64,000 nt of DNA from an uncultured Thermoleophilia bacterium (lineage in GTDB: Bacteria; Actinomycetota; Thermoleophilia; Gaiellales; Gaiellaceae). Made by a program: the position numbers and the translations under genes. The notes below the pieces were generated by a model, which was not told where the DNA came from, made no database searches, and saw nothing but the letters and a program-made list of their open reading frames with translations. Numbering within the stretch: position 1 is the stretch's first letter; each line of letters begins with the position of its first letter. Positions 30,160 through 39,996 of this stretch are shown piece after piece. The DNA lies in NCBI GenBank assembly GCA_963819905.1, contig CAWFXP010000001.1, forward strand, positions 146,426 through 210,425, written 5' to 3'.

Positions 30160-30705
30160 TCAGGCCGTCAGGTCGACGAGCCCGCTCGGCCGCGACCACA
30201 TCTCGTCCGCATAGGTGACGGACGCGCGGGACAGGTTGCCGCGGTCGTCGTAGCTGTAGAAGCCCATCCGCCAGAGCGCCGGCGAGTAGAGGTGCAGAGA
30301 GACCGCCGGCGGGCCGCCCGGGTTGCGCACGCAGTGGATCCGGGCGGCGTCGAAGTCGAAGACAGTGCCGGCCGGGTGGCGATGGCTCACCTGCCGGATC
30401 GCGCCGTTCTCGAGGAGCAGGCGGTCCTCGGCGAGCTCGCCGTCCACGACGTAGACCGCACCGCAGGACGTGTCGTGGTCGTGGAAGCCTGTGTCCTGCT
30501 CGCGGTCCCAGCAGATGAGCCAGACGTCGAGGTGGACGTCGCGGTAGAGCTCCGAGTAGACGCGCTCGTCGGGGTCGTGCTTGACCAGCTCGCTCCAGAG
30601 GTCTCGCTCGCGGCCGAGCTCGACGGCCAACTCGGCGAGGAAGGCCTGCCCGAGGTCCTCGTTGCCGGGCAGCCGCTCGGCGATCCAGGTCGAGACGTCG
30701 CTCAC
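30160..30705 (-). CDS. Cysteine dioxygenase type I-like cupin
   Basis: FHDHD...GxxxxE...IHCVRN three-His cupin arrangement, size about 180 aa. Confidence 0.65.
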   Translation of the reverse strand: MSDVSTWIAERLPGNEDLGQAFLAELAVELGRERDLWSELVKHDPDERVYSELYRDVHLDVWLICWDREQDTGFHDHDTSCGAVYVVDGELAEDRLLLENGAIRQVSHRHPAGTVFDFDAARIHCVRNPGGPPAVSLHLYSPALWRMGFYSYDDRGNLSRASVTYADEMWSRPSGLVDLTA

Positions 30706-31568
30706 ACCGCCGATCGTACTCCCTCGAGCAAGCGCCGCGGATTCTCGTTAAGGACCATGGTCGCCACGGCATCGCCGAAGCCCCGGATCGCGGCGAGCGT
30801 GGGCGCCGGATCGATCACCGGGACGTCGCTCCCGTGGACGAGCTGGGTGACCCCGTAGGTGGCGAGGCAGAGGTCGAGCGCCCGCCGTCCGTACGACGAC
30901 GTGTCGAGGAAGACGTTCGGGTGCATCGCGGCCCGGTCGTCCACGCCGCGCGAGCGCATCCGTTCGAGCTGGATCGGCGCACCGCCGGCGAGGATCGCGA
31001 AGACCACGGGCAGGTCGGCGAACCGCGTGGCGTCGCGCGCGAGCCACGTGGCATAGGCGGCCTGCATCTGCGCGCTGTAGTCGACGACCGCGCCCCACCA
31101 GGGCGGCGCGTCGCCCGGGAGCTCGCGCGGCGGGCCCGGGTGCACGAACAGGAGCTGGCGCGCCGCGCGGAGCTCCCCGAGCAGTGGGTCGATTCCGCCG
31201 ACGAGCTCCCCTGCTGCGACGCAGGCGCCGGCGAACCCGGGCCGACAGACCCCGGCGGCGAGCGCCTGGATCCGGCCGGACGCCGATCCGACGAGCTCGA
31301 GCGCGCCGGTGTGATACGCGTCTGCGAGCTCCCCCTCGGGATCCGTCAGGTACCCGGGCGGCACCGAGACCAGGGCGACGTCGATCCCGTGACGATCGAG
31401 CAGCGCCAGGCGGGTATCGAGATCGTGGTCGCCGAGGTCGATCTCCGAGTCGAGCTCGCCCGGAAGCCGAAGCACGCGCCCGTCGAGGCGCGGCGGCTCG
31501 CGTCGCCCGGCGAGCGCAGCCGTGAACGCCTCCGGCCAGAGATGCTGATGGACGTCGAACGCCGGCAC
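30702..31568 (-). CDS. Amidohydrolase-2 family metal-dependent hydrolase/decarboxylase
   Basis: FDVHQHLWP N-terminal HxH motif, ...FVHPG..., ...LVHGSDVP; GTG start lies 5 nt after the ppa stop. Confidence 0.75.
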   Translation of the reverse strand: MPAFDVHQHLWPEAFTAALAGRREPPRLDGRVLRLPGELDSEIDLGDHDLDTRLALLDRHGIDVALVSVPPGYLTDPEGELADAYHTGALELVGSASGRIQALAAGVCRPGFAGACVAAGELVGGIDPLLGELRAARQLLFVHPGPPRELPGDAPPWWGAVVDYSAQMQAAYATWLARDATRFADLPVVFAILAGGAPIQLERMRSRGVDDRAAMHPNVFLDTSSYGRRALDLCLATYGVTQLVHGSDVPVIDPAPTLAAIRGFGDAVATMVLNENPRRLLEGVRSAV

Positions 31569-31573
31569 GGCGG

Positions 31574-32074
31574 CTAGCCGTCGTGCAGGGTTCCGCCGAG
31601 CCGGGTCCGCGCTGCCGCGATCGTCGTCATCGCCTCCGCCCGGTTCCCGAAGCCGCGCGTCGACGTCTTCTTCTTCTCGAGCTCCTTGTAGACCTGGAAG
31701 AAGTGCTCGATCTCGTCGCGAAACTCCGGCTGGAGGTCGTGGATGTCGTGGACGCGACTCCATGCGGGGTCTCGCAGGGACGCGCAGAGGATCTTCTCGT
31801 CGGAGCCCTTCTCGTCTGTCATGTAGAAGACGCCGATCGGGCGCACGCGGATGCGGCAGCCGGGAAAGGTCGGGTCGCCGACGAGGACGAGGGCGTCCAG
31901 CGGGTCGCCGTCCTCGCCGAGCGTCCCCTCGATGTAGCCGTAATCGGCCGGGTAGGTCATCGACGTGAACAGGCGCCGGTCGAGCACGATGCCGCCCAGC
32001 CCGGGATCGAACTCGTACTTGTTCCGCGATCCGGCCGGTATCTCGACGAAGACCACGATCTCGGGCTCGGTCAT
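31574..32074 (-). CDS. ppa: Inorganic pyrophosphatase (family I)
   Basis: EIPAGSRNKYEFD...YPADYGYI..TLGEDGDPLDALVL...DEKGSDEKI; TATCCT lies 7 nt upstream of the ATG. Confidence 0.95.
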   Translation of the reverse strand: MTEPEIVVFVEIPAGSRNKYEFDPGLGGIVLDRRLFTSMTYPADYGYIEGTLGEDGDPLDALVLVGDPTFPGCRIRVRPIGVFYMTDEKGSDEKILCASLRDPAWSRVHDIHDLQPEFRDEIEHFFQVYKELEKKKTSTRGFGNRAEAMTTIAAARTRLGGTLHDG

Positions 32075-32174
32075 CGGCCTGAGGATAGATTGTCGCCGCC
32101 GCGGAAGCGGAGCGCCACGACCGCGAGCCGCCGACCGATCTCGTCGACGACCCGGCGCTCGAGCGCCGGGAGCG

Positions 32175-33311
32175 TCACGACGCCGGGGCCCCGGCGAGAT
32201 CCCGGTCGAGCACCACGATCGTCCGGGCCCCTTCCCCGCGGCGCAGGCGGGCGAAGGCCTCGTCGATCCCGTCCAGGTCGGTGAAGTGCGAGACGACGTC
32301 GGCGATCTCGAGATCCCCGTCCGCCGCCAGCTCGGCCAGCCTGCTGATCTCAGCCGCCGGGTTGCCCGAGCCGTAGAACGAGCCGCGCAGTGACTTCTCC
32401 GAGAGGAAGTCGACCGCCGGCACGGACGCGTCGACACCGACCGGCGCGAGGCCGACGACGGTGGCCGTCGCGCCGGGGCGGAGCGTGTCCCAGGCGAGCC
32501 GGATCGTCTCCGCCCGTCCGACGACCTCGAAGGCGTGGTCGACGCCACCCGCGGTCAGCCTGCGAACCGCGCGGGCGGCGTCCGGCTCCGACGCGTCGAC
32601 GCCGTGTGTCGCGCCGCGGGCCTCGGCGAGCGCGAGCTTCTCCGCCACGCGGTCGACGGCGACTATCGGCCCGGCCCCCGCGAGGCGCGCCGCGGCGACG
32701 ACCTGGAGCCCGACACCGCCGCAGCCGACGACGCAGACGCTCTCCCCCGGCGCCACCCCGGCGGCGTTGCGAACGGCGCCGAACCCGGTGACTACCGCAC
32801 AGCCGATGAGCGAGGCCTGCCAGAGCGCCAACCCGTCGGGAATCGGCACCGCCGATGCGGCCGGGACGACGCAGTGCTCGGCGAAGCAGGCGATCCCGAG
32901 AAAGCTCTTGAGCTCGACGCCGTCACGAGCCGCTATCCGGAGGCGACCGTCGAGCGCGGTTCCCGCGAACGTCGCCCGCGAGTTGGTCTCGCAGAGGTTG
33001 CTGCGCCCCTCGCGGCAGCGGCGGCAGGCGCCGCACGCAGGCAGAAAGCAGAGTGCGACGCGGGTGCCGGGGGAGAGGTCGGGGACCCCGGCGCCCACCT
33101 GCTCGACGACACCGGCGCCCTCGTGGCCGAGCACCACCGGGAAGCGGTTCCCGCTCAGATGCCCGTCCGCGCAATGGAGATCCGAATGGCAGACACCCGC
33201 CGCCGCGAGGCGCACCAGCACCTCGCCGGGCCCGGGCGCGGCGAGGACGACGGGCTCGATCGACGCCGGTGCCTCCGGTTCGCGGAACACCGCCGCTCGC
33301 GTCTCGGTCAC
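32175..33311 (-). CDS. Zn-dependent alcohol dehydrogenase, class III-like
   Basis: GVCHSDLH, GHEGAGVV, the structural Zn cluster CGACRRCREGRSNLC, and GCGGVGL. Confidence 0.85.
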   Translation of the reverse strand: MTETRAAVFREPEAPASIEPVVLAAPGPGEVLVRLAAAGVCHSDLHCADGHLSGNRFPVVLGHEGAGVVEQVGAGVPDLSPGTRVALCFLPACGACRRCREGRSNLCETNSRATFAGTALDGRLRIAARDGVELKSFLGIACFAEHCVVPAASAVPIPDGLALWQASLIGCAVVTGFGAVRNAAGVAPGESVCVVGCGGVGLQVVAAARLAGAGPIVAVDRVAEKLALAEARGATHGVDASEPDAARAVRRLTAGGVDHAFEVVGRAETIRLAWDTLRPGATATVVGLAPVGVDASVPAVDFLSEKSLRGSFYGSGNPAAEISRLAELAADGDLEIADVVSHFTDLDGIDEAFARLRRGEGARTIVVLDRDLAGAPAS

Positions 33312-33315
33312 CCGG

Positions 33316-34425
33316 TCACCCGACCCGGAACGCCTCGAGCGCGTCGAGGTCGGGGGTTACGCCGAGGCCGGGACCGGGCGGCGGCGCGATCGTGCCGTCG
33401 GGAGCGATCTCGAGCGGGGCCGGGAGAATGGAGTCACGCCGCTCCGGGGTCCAGGCCGGCGGGTCGAGCGGCACCTCGAGGTAGGGACAGGTCGAGACGG
33501 CGAGCGCGAGGTGGAGGTTGGCGAGCAGCCCGTAGCCGTTCGTCCACGTGTGTGGCGAGAAGCTCCGCCCGCAGAGATCGGCCAGATCGGCGATCCGTCG
33601 GCAACCGGACAGCCCGCCGGCGAGCACGACGTCGGGTTGAACCACGTCGACCCCGCCGCGGAGGATCAGGTCGCGCGCCTCCGACAGGTGACGAACCATC
33701 TCCCCGGCCGCGATCCGAAGGGTCGTGCGCCGGCGAAGCTGCGCATAGCCGTCGAGGTCGTCGGTCCGCAGCGGCTCCTCGAGCCAGAAGACGCCGAGCC
33801 GCTCGAGCTCCGCCGCGCAGCGGCTCGCCGTGGCGAGATCCCAGCGCGGCGCCCGATCGCCGGGCATCCGCCAGCCGTGGTTCGCGTCGACCATGATCTC
33901 GAGCTCAGGGCCGGCGGCGTCTCGAACCTGCTCGACGAGCTCGACGTCGCGGCGCCAGTCGTCGTCCTGGAAGCGGAGCTTGATCGCCCTGACGCCCGCG
34001 GCGCGCAGGGCGACGGCGCGGCGCGCCCGCTCCTCCGCTCCGACGGGCTCGCCGCTCGAGGCGTACGCGAGGATGCGATCCGAGCGACCGCCGAGCAGGC
34101 GCCAGAGCGGCTGGTCGAGCGCACGCCCGACGAGGTCCCACACGGCCACCTCGGCCGTCCACGGGCGCCCGCCGTGGAAGTCGACGGTCTCGCAGACCTC
34201 CCGGACGACCTCCGTCCGGAAGGGATCGACCCCGACCAGGTGGCGCTCGAGCTCCGCCGCGTCAGGCAAGTGGTCGCCGCTCGCGTAGCCGCAGAGGCCC
34301 TCGTCCGAGTGGATGGTGACGAGGGTGGCCTGCAGCGCGGTTCGAGGCACGGGATCCCAGGCGGCCCGAAAGGGGGGATCGAGTGGAAACGCGTAGCGTC
34401 GCGTCTCGATACCCGAGATTCGCAC
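33316..34425 (-). CDS. Enolase-superfamily enzyme (mandelate racemase / acid-sugar dehydratase-like)
   Basis: Metal ligands in IMVDANHGW, WLEEP and IAAGEM; a possible His/Asp dyad in VQPD ... SPHTW. Confidence 0.85.
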   Translation of the reverse strand: MRISGIETRRYAFPLDPPFRAAWDPVPRTALQATLVTIHSDEGLCGYASGDHLPDAAELERHLVGVDPFRTEVVREVCETVDFHGGRPWTAEVAVWDLVGRALDQPLWRLLGGRSDRILAYASSGEPVGAEERARRAVALRAAGVRAIKLRFQDDDWRRDVELVEQVRDAAGPELEIMVDANHGWRMPGDRAPRWDLATASRCAAELERLGVFWLEEPLRTDDLDGYAQLRRRTTLRIAAGEMVRHLSEARDLILRGGVDVVQPDVVLAGGLSGCRRIADLADLCGRSFSPHTWTNGYGLLANLHLALAVSTCPYLEVPLDPPAWTPERRDSILPAPLEIAPDGTIAPPPGPGLGVTPDLDALEAFRVG

Positions 34426-34950
34426 TCAGCCGCCTCGGTAGTAGGCGTTCGCGGCCTCGTCGCGTCTCGCGGCGAGGGCCAGGACGTCGTCTCCCGTCGG
34501 CGGCTCGAGCGCGTCGGCGACCGCGGCGCGCGTCGCCTCGCGGTTCGCGTGGCGCACCGCCGTCTCGTCGTCGACGGCCGGGTCGACCCAGACCGCGACG
34601 AGGCAAACCAGCTCGGCCGCCTCGGCGGCGCCGAGCAGCCCGTCGTGCACGGCGTCGAGCATGCCCTGTGCGATCCCGAGCTGGGCCGCGCCCCAGGTGA
34701 TGCGCTCGTGCTCCGATCCGCGCTCGAGCGTCGCCTTGTTGACGACGATCGTCAGCGGCCGGACGACGGTTCCCGGGGTCAGGCAGGCGAGAAAGGGAAC
34801 ATGGCCCGGCCTCCCGGTGCCGAGGAGAGCCGCCAGCGCGGCCGACGTGGGAGATCCCCTCCGGGCGAGGGCGACGTTGATGTGGCTTCCGTTCGGCACC
34901 TCGCCGGACCACGCCTCACCGATCCGGCCGTCGAGAGCGTCATCCATCAT
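34426..34950 (-). CDS. fae: Formaldehyde-activating enzyme (Fae) family protein
   Basis: By recalled comparison it aligns along its length with Methylobacterium Fae: IGEA..G....HI......RGSP, GH, NK.T, GAAQ.G.A....DAV..G, L.V.V.W, N.EAT..A. AAAGGA precedes the ATGATG start. Confidence 0.8.
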   Translation of the reverse strand: MMDDALDGRIGEAWSGEVPNGSHINVALARRGSPTSAALAALLGTGRPGHVPFLACLTPGTVVRPLTIVVNKATLERGSEHERITWGAAQLGIAQGMLDAVHDGLLGAAEAAELVCLVAVWVDPAVDDETAVRHANREATRAAVADALEPPTGDDVLALAARRDEAANAYYRGG

Positions 34951-36064
34951 GGTCCTTTCGGTCGAGTTCGAGCACGACACGGAGCGCCGTCCCCGATTGC
35001 ATCAGCTCGAACGCCTCCGCCACCGCCTCGAGCGGCAGCCGGTGCGAGATCAGGCGATCGAGCGGCAGGCGCCCGCTGCGGTAGAGCTCGAGGATCGCGG
35101 GAAAGTCGCGCTCGGGCTTCGACGAGCCGTAGATCGAGCCGAGCACGCGTCGCTCGCCGCGCGGGATCTGGAGCGCCGGCAGCGTGACCACGGCGTCCGC
35201 CCGCGGAATGCCGATCAGGACGGCCGCTCCCCGCGCCCGGCACGCGAGGAAGGCGGCGAGAGCGGCCTCGGGCCGGCCGGTCGCCTCGAGCGCGTAGTCG
35301 ACCCCGCCGCCGCTGACCTCGCGCACGCGCTCGGCCGTCGACTCCGCGTCGCCGGTCCACGCGACGGTCGCGGTCGCGCCGAGGCTTGCCGCCTCGGCGA
35401 GCTTCGCCGCGGCGACGTCGACGGCGACGACGGGCTCGGCTCCGGCGGCGAGCGCGGCCAGGAGCGCCGAGAGGCCGACACCGCCGCAGCCGATGACGCA
35501 GACCCGGTCCCCCGGGCGCACGCCCGCTGTCCGCCAGACGGCGCCGACCCCGGTCGCGATCGCGCAGCCGACGAGCGAGGCGACGTCGGCGGGGACGTCG
35601 TCCGGGATCGGGATGCACGAGCGCTCTGCCACGACGGCGTGGTCGGCGAAGGTCGAGAGGAGCGAGTAGTGATAGACGGGCAGGCCGTTGCGCGACAGGC
35701 GCGGGGTGCCGTCGAGGAGGCCTCCGTGACCCATCGCGCTCCAGGCCGTGCGGCAGAGATGCGGCAGGTCGCGCAGGCACTCCTCGCAGGCGCCGCACCA
35801 GGGAAGCCAGGAAAGGGCGACTCGCGTCCCCGGTCGGAGCGACACGTCCGGCCCGATTGCCTCGACGACTCCGGCGCCCTCGTGGCCGAGAACGGCGGGG
35901 CAGCGCGTCTCTGCCGTACCGTCGATCGCGTTCAGGTCGGAGTGGCACACACCGCTCGCCTCCAGGCGGACGAGCACCTCGCCTGGCCCTGGCGCCGCGA
36001 GGTCGAGCTCCGTGACCTCGAGCGGCGCCCCGGTCGCGGGCAGCACCGCTCCGCGAATCCTCAC
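34940..36064 (-). CDS. Zn-dependent alcohol dehydrogenase (second paralogue)
   Basis: GVCHSDLN, GHEGAGVV, CGACEECLRDLPHLC, GCGGVGL; GTGA overlap with the upstream ATPase gene. Confidence 0.85.
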   Translation of the reverse strand: MRIRGAVLPATGAPLEVTELDLAAPGPGEVLVRLEASGVCHSDLNAIDGTAETRCPAVLGHEGAGVVEAIGPDVSLRPGTRVALSWLPWCGACEECLRDLPHLCRTAWSAMGHGGLLDGTPRLSRNGLPVYHYSLLSTFADHAVVAERSCIPIPDDVPADVASLVGCAIATGVGAVWRTAGVRPGDRVCVIGCGGVGLSALLAALAAGAEPVVAVDVAAAKLAEAASLGATATVAWTGDAESTAERVREVSGGGVDYALEATGRPEAALAAFLACRARGAAVLIGIPRADAVVTLPALQIPRGERRVLGSIYGSSKPERDFPAILELYRSGRLPLDRLISHRLPLEAVAEAFELMQSGTALRVVLELDRKDHDG

Positions 36065-38119
36065 GTGCCGGCCTCCGCGCGGGTCTCGACCGCTTCGTCG
36101 GCCGGGAGCGCCTGCAGCCGCCGGAGCTCGTCGATCGGGATGTGGCAGCGCATCATGTGGCCGGGCTCGACCTCGGCGAGCGGGGGCTCCTCGGTTTCGC
36201 AGATCTCGCCGACTTTTCGCGGGCAGCGGGTGTGGAAGACGCAGCCGGACGGAGGGTCGGCCGCGCTCGGGATCTCGCCCTCGAGCCGGATCCGGAGCCC
36301 CTCCTCGCCGTCGAGCTTGGGCACGGCGGACAGGAGCGCTTCGGTGTAGGGGTGGTGCGGCCCCGAGAACACGCGCTCGGCGCCGCCCAGCTCCATCAGC
36401 CGGCCGAGGTAGAGAACCGCGATCCGGTCGGACAGGTAGCGGACGACTCCGAGGTCGTGCGAGATGAAGACGTACGCGGTGCGGTCGTCGCGCTGCAGTT
36501 CGGCGAGCAGGTTGAGGATCGCCGCCTGCACCGAGACGTCGAGCGCGGAGGTGGGCTCGTCGCAGACGACGACCTCGGGGCTGCCCGCGAACGCGCGCGC
36601 GATGGCCACTCGCTGCTTCAGGCCTCCCGAGAGCGAGGTCGGCCGAACGGTCAGGTACCGGTCGGCGAGCCGGACGGAGCGGGTGAGCTCGACGAGGCGC
36701 TCGTCGCGCGCCTTGCCTTTCAGGCCGCCGAGACGCGTCAGGGCGCGGCCCACGATCCGCCGCACGGTGTGGCGCTGGTTGAGGGCGGAGTCGGGGTTCT
36801 GGAAGACGATCTGGATCGCCCGGATCTCCTGCCGTCCACGCTTCGAGATCGTCTCGCCGAGAGGCCTTCCGTCGAGCTCGAGCGTCGAGTCCGCATCCGG
36901 TGCCGTGATGCCGAGGAGCACGCGGGCGAACGTGGTCTTGCCGCTGCCCGACTCGCCGACGACGCCGAGCGTCTCGCCCGGCCAGACGTCGACGCTGACG
37001 TCCGAGAGCGCGTGGATCCGGTGCCCGGCCTGCCGGAACGTCTTCGACACGGCTTCCGCGCGGATGATCGGAGTCGTCGCGCGATCGAGCTTCGACGGCG
37101 CTCCGAGCTCCTCCGGGATGACGCGCGGGATCGACTGGGCGCGCTCGTGGTAGTAGCAGCGGCTCGAGCGGTTTCCGAGATCGTACGGCGGCGGCTCCTC
37201 GGCGCGGCAGCGGTCGTCGGCGAGCGCGCAGCGGTCTGCGAACACGCAGCCCGGCAGGTCGGCCCCCGGCGAGGGCAGGAAGCCGGGGATCGTGTCGAGC
37301 CGTCCGTGGTCCTTCCGCCGGCCGCCGCGCGGGATGCAGCGGAGGAGGCCGACGGTGTACGGGTGCCGGGGGTCGTCGAACAGCGCCCGGGCCGGGCCCT
37401 CCTCGACCAGCGTGCCGGCGTAGAGCACCCCCACGCGGTCGCACATCTTCGCGATGACCGCGAGGTTGTGCGAGATGAAGAGGACGCTCGTCCCGAACTC
37501 CTGGCGGAGGTTGAGGACGAGCTCGAGCACCTCCGCCTCGACGGTCGCGTCGAGGCCCGTCGTCGGCTCGTCGAGGATGAGGAGCGTCGGGTCCTTCGCC
37601 AGCGCCATGGCGATGAGGATCCGCTGCTGCATGCCGCCCGAGAGCTGGTGCGGATAGCGCTGCATGACCGACGCCGGGTCGGCGATCTGCACCTTGCGCA
37701 GCATCCCCTCGGCCCTCGTCGCCGCCTCCGCTGCGCTCGCTCCTCCGATCGCGTACGCCTCGGCGAGCTGTTTCCCGACCCGAATCGAGGGGTTCAGGGC
37801 TCGTCCGGGATCCTGGTAGACCATGGAGACGCTCTTCGCCCGCAGGTCGCGAAGCTGCGACGCACCCATCGCGAGGACGTCCCGGCCGCCGACGCTGATG
37901 TGCGCCCTGGCGTACACGCCCGTTGCGCGCGAGGTACCCGACGATGGCGAACGCCGCGGTCGACTTGCCGCAACCCGACTCGCCGACGAGCCCGTAGCTC
38001 TCGCCCTGCCCGATGTGGAACGTCAGGCCGCGGATCACCTGCCGGTCGTGGCCGCGGATCCGGTAGGCGACGTCGAGATCGACGACGTCGAGGGCGTTGG
38101 CCGTCGTCTCGGCGCTCAC
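36061..38119 (-). pseudogene. Fused double ABC ATPase (DppD/DppF-like), with an apparent frameshift near 37918-37925
   Basis: The first Walker A (GESGCGKST) is in one frame. The rest is in the next frame: LSGGMQQR, DEPTTGLD, a second GESGSGKTT, LSGGLKQR and DEPTSALD. Confidence 0.85.
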
Positions 38120-38988
38120 CGGTCGACCACCGCCTGAATGCCGTCCGCGACGAGGTTGACGGCCACGGCCAGCGACGCGATCGCGAGCGCCGGGAACAGA
38201 GTCGGCCACCAGATGTTCCCGGAGATGAGACCGTAGTTCTCCGCGATCTGGAGGCCCCAGTCAGGAGACGGCGGCTGGATGCCGAAGCCGAGAAACGAGA
38301 GCGTCGCGACGGCGAAGATCGCGTAGCCGAGGCGGACCGTGAACTCGACGATGATCGGGGGCAGGACGTTCGGCAGGATCTCGACGAACATGACGTGGGG
38401 CGCCCGCTCACCTCGCAGCCGGGCGGCGGATACGTAGTCGAGCTCGCGCTCGCTCAGCACCGTCGAACGAACGGTTCGCGCGATGATCGGGGCGAAGACG
38501 ATGCCGATCACGACGATGACGGTCCAGCTCGACGGGCCGAGCGCCGTGATGACGAGCAGCGCGAGCACGATCAGCGGGATCGCGAGGAACGCATCGACGA
38601 TCCGGGAGAGCGTGTCGTCGACGAAGCCGCGGAAGTAGCCCATCACGAGGCCGAACGCCGTCCCGAGGGCGGTGCCGAGGATGGTGGCGAGCAGCGCGAC
38701 GACGATGATGCTGCGCGCGCCGACGATCACCCGCGACAGGACGTCTCGGCCGAGCTGGTCGGTCCCGAGCCAGTGCTCACCGGAGGGAGCCTGGAGAATC
38801 TCGGGGCTCGGGGCGAGGTAGTCGTACGGCGCGAACAGCGTGCCGAAGATCGCGCACACGACCCACCAGAGGACGATCAGCGAGCCGACGAGGAACGTCG
38901 GCGAGCGCCAGAGCGCGCGCAGGGTCTCGCGGCGAGCGATCCTGACCTCGCTCCGGTCCGGAGCGGATGGGGTGGCCGCCGTCGTCAT
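38116..38988 (-). CDS. ABC transporter permease (DppC/OppC-like)
   Basis: HWLGTDQLGRDVLSR and an EAA-like loop; ATGA/GTGA overlaps on both sides. Confidence 0.85.
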   Translation of the reverse strand: MTTAATPSAPDRSEVRIARRETLRALWRSPTFLVGSLIVLWWVVCAIFGTLFAPYDYLAPSPEILQAPSGEHWLGTDQLGRDVLSRVIVGARSIIVVALLATILGTALGTAFGLVMGYFRGFVDDTLSRIVDAFLAIPLIVLALLVITALGPSSWTVIVVIGIVFAPIIARTVRSTVLSERELDYVSAARLRGERAPHVMFVEILPNVLPPIIVEFTVRLGYAIFAVATLSFLGFGIQPPSPDWGLQIAENYGLISGNIWWPTLFPALAIASLAVAVNLVADGIQAVVDR

Positions 38989-39938
38989 TCGCGGGCTCCG
39001 TAGCGGATGCGGGGATTCAGCACCGAGTAGAGGAGGTCTGCGATCAGCGTTGCGGCGATGTAGACGAGCGCCACGGTGAGAACGCCCGACTGGAGAACCG
39101 GGAAGTCCTTCTTGCGGGCGGCGTCGTAGATCAGGCGTCCGATGCCGTTGTAGTTGAAGAGGAGCTCGATCGCGACGAGCCCGCCGATCAGGTACCCCAG
39201 CTGGACGGCGATCACCGTGATCGTCGGAAGAAGCGAGTTCCGAAGCACGTGCCGGCGCACGACGGTTGTCCGCGGGAGGCCCTTGAGAACGGCGGTGCGC
39301 GTGTAGTCGGAATCGAGCGAGGCCACCGTGCCCGCACGCGCCATCCGTGCGATGTACCCGAACAGGACCGCGCACAGCGCGAGCGCCGGCAGCAGGAGGT
39401 ACTTGACCTGGGTGAAGACGCCGCTGCCCTGTGGGGCCGTGGCCGTGATCGGGAGCCACTCGAGCCAGATACCGAAGACCATGATCAGGACGATGCCGGT
39501 GACGAACTCCGGCACCGTCGACAGGGAGAGGCCGGTTACCGTGATGAACCGGTCAGCCGGACGGTTCAGATGCAGCGCGGCGAACACGCCCCCGATGATG
39601 CTCAGGGGGACGACGATCACGAAGGCGACGGCGGCCAGCTTGAGCGAGTTGACCAGCGCGTCGCCGATCAGGTCCGAGACCGGCGTCTTGAACACGTACG
39701 ACGTGCCCATGTCGCCCTGCATGAAACCGCTGAACCAGTCCCAGTAGCGCGTCAGGAGCGGGTCGTAGTACCCGAGCTCCTCGTTCAGGGCCACGACCAC
39801 GGCGTTGTCGGCGAACGGCCCCAGGATCGCCCTTCCTGGGTTGCCGGGCAGGACCTGTGCACCGACGAAGACGATCACGCTCACGAGCCACAGCGTGATG
39901 AGTGCGAGGCCGAGTCGGCGGAGAATGAAGCGGGTCAC
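38985..39938 (-). CDS. ABC transporter permease (DppB/OppB-like)
   Basis: MTRFILRRL... N-terminus typical of the family, 6 TM segments. Confidence 0.9.
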   Translation of the reverse strand: MTRFILRRLGLALITLWLVSVIVFVGAQVLPGNPGRAILGPFADNAVVVALNEELGYYDPLLTRYWDWFSGFMQGDMGTSYVFKTPVSDLIGDALVNSLKLAAVAFVIVVPLSIIGGVFAALHLNRPADRFITVTGLSLSTVPEFVTGIVLIMVFGIWLEWLPITATAPQGSGVFTQVKYLLLPALALCAVLFGYIARMARAGTVASLDSDYTRTAVLKGLPRTTVVRRHVLRNSLLPTITVIAVQLGYLIGGLVAIELLFNYNGIGRLIYDAARKKDFPVLQSGVLTVALVYIAATLIADLLYSVLNPRIRYGARE

Positions 39939-39996
39939 GGCCGGGCTGCGGCCGGGCGTCGGTGGGGGCTCCCCGGCCGACGCCCGGCCGTTCGAC

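Noticed and set aside
34940-38209. 1089-aa ORF
   Set aside because: It is a chimera. Only the C-terminal 374 aa (the Zn-ADH) and the first ~67 aa after GTG 38119 (the ABC ATPase N-terminus) are real coding sequence. The middle is the ATPase gene read out of frame.
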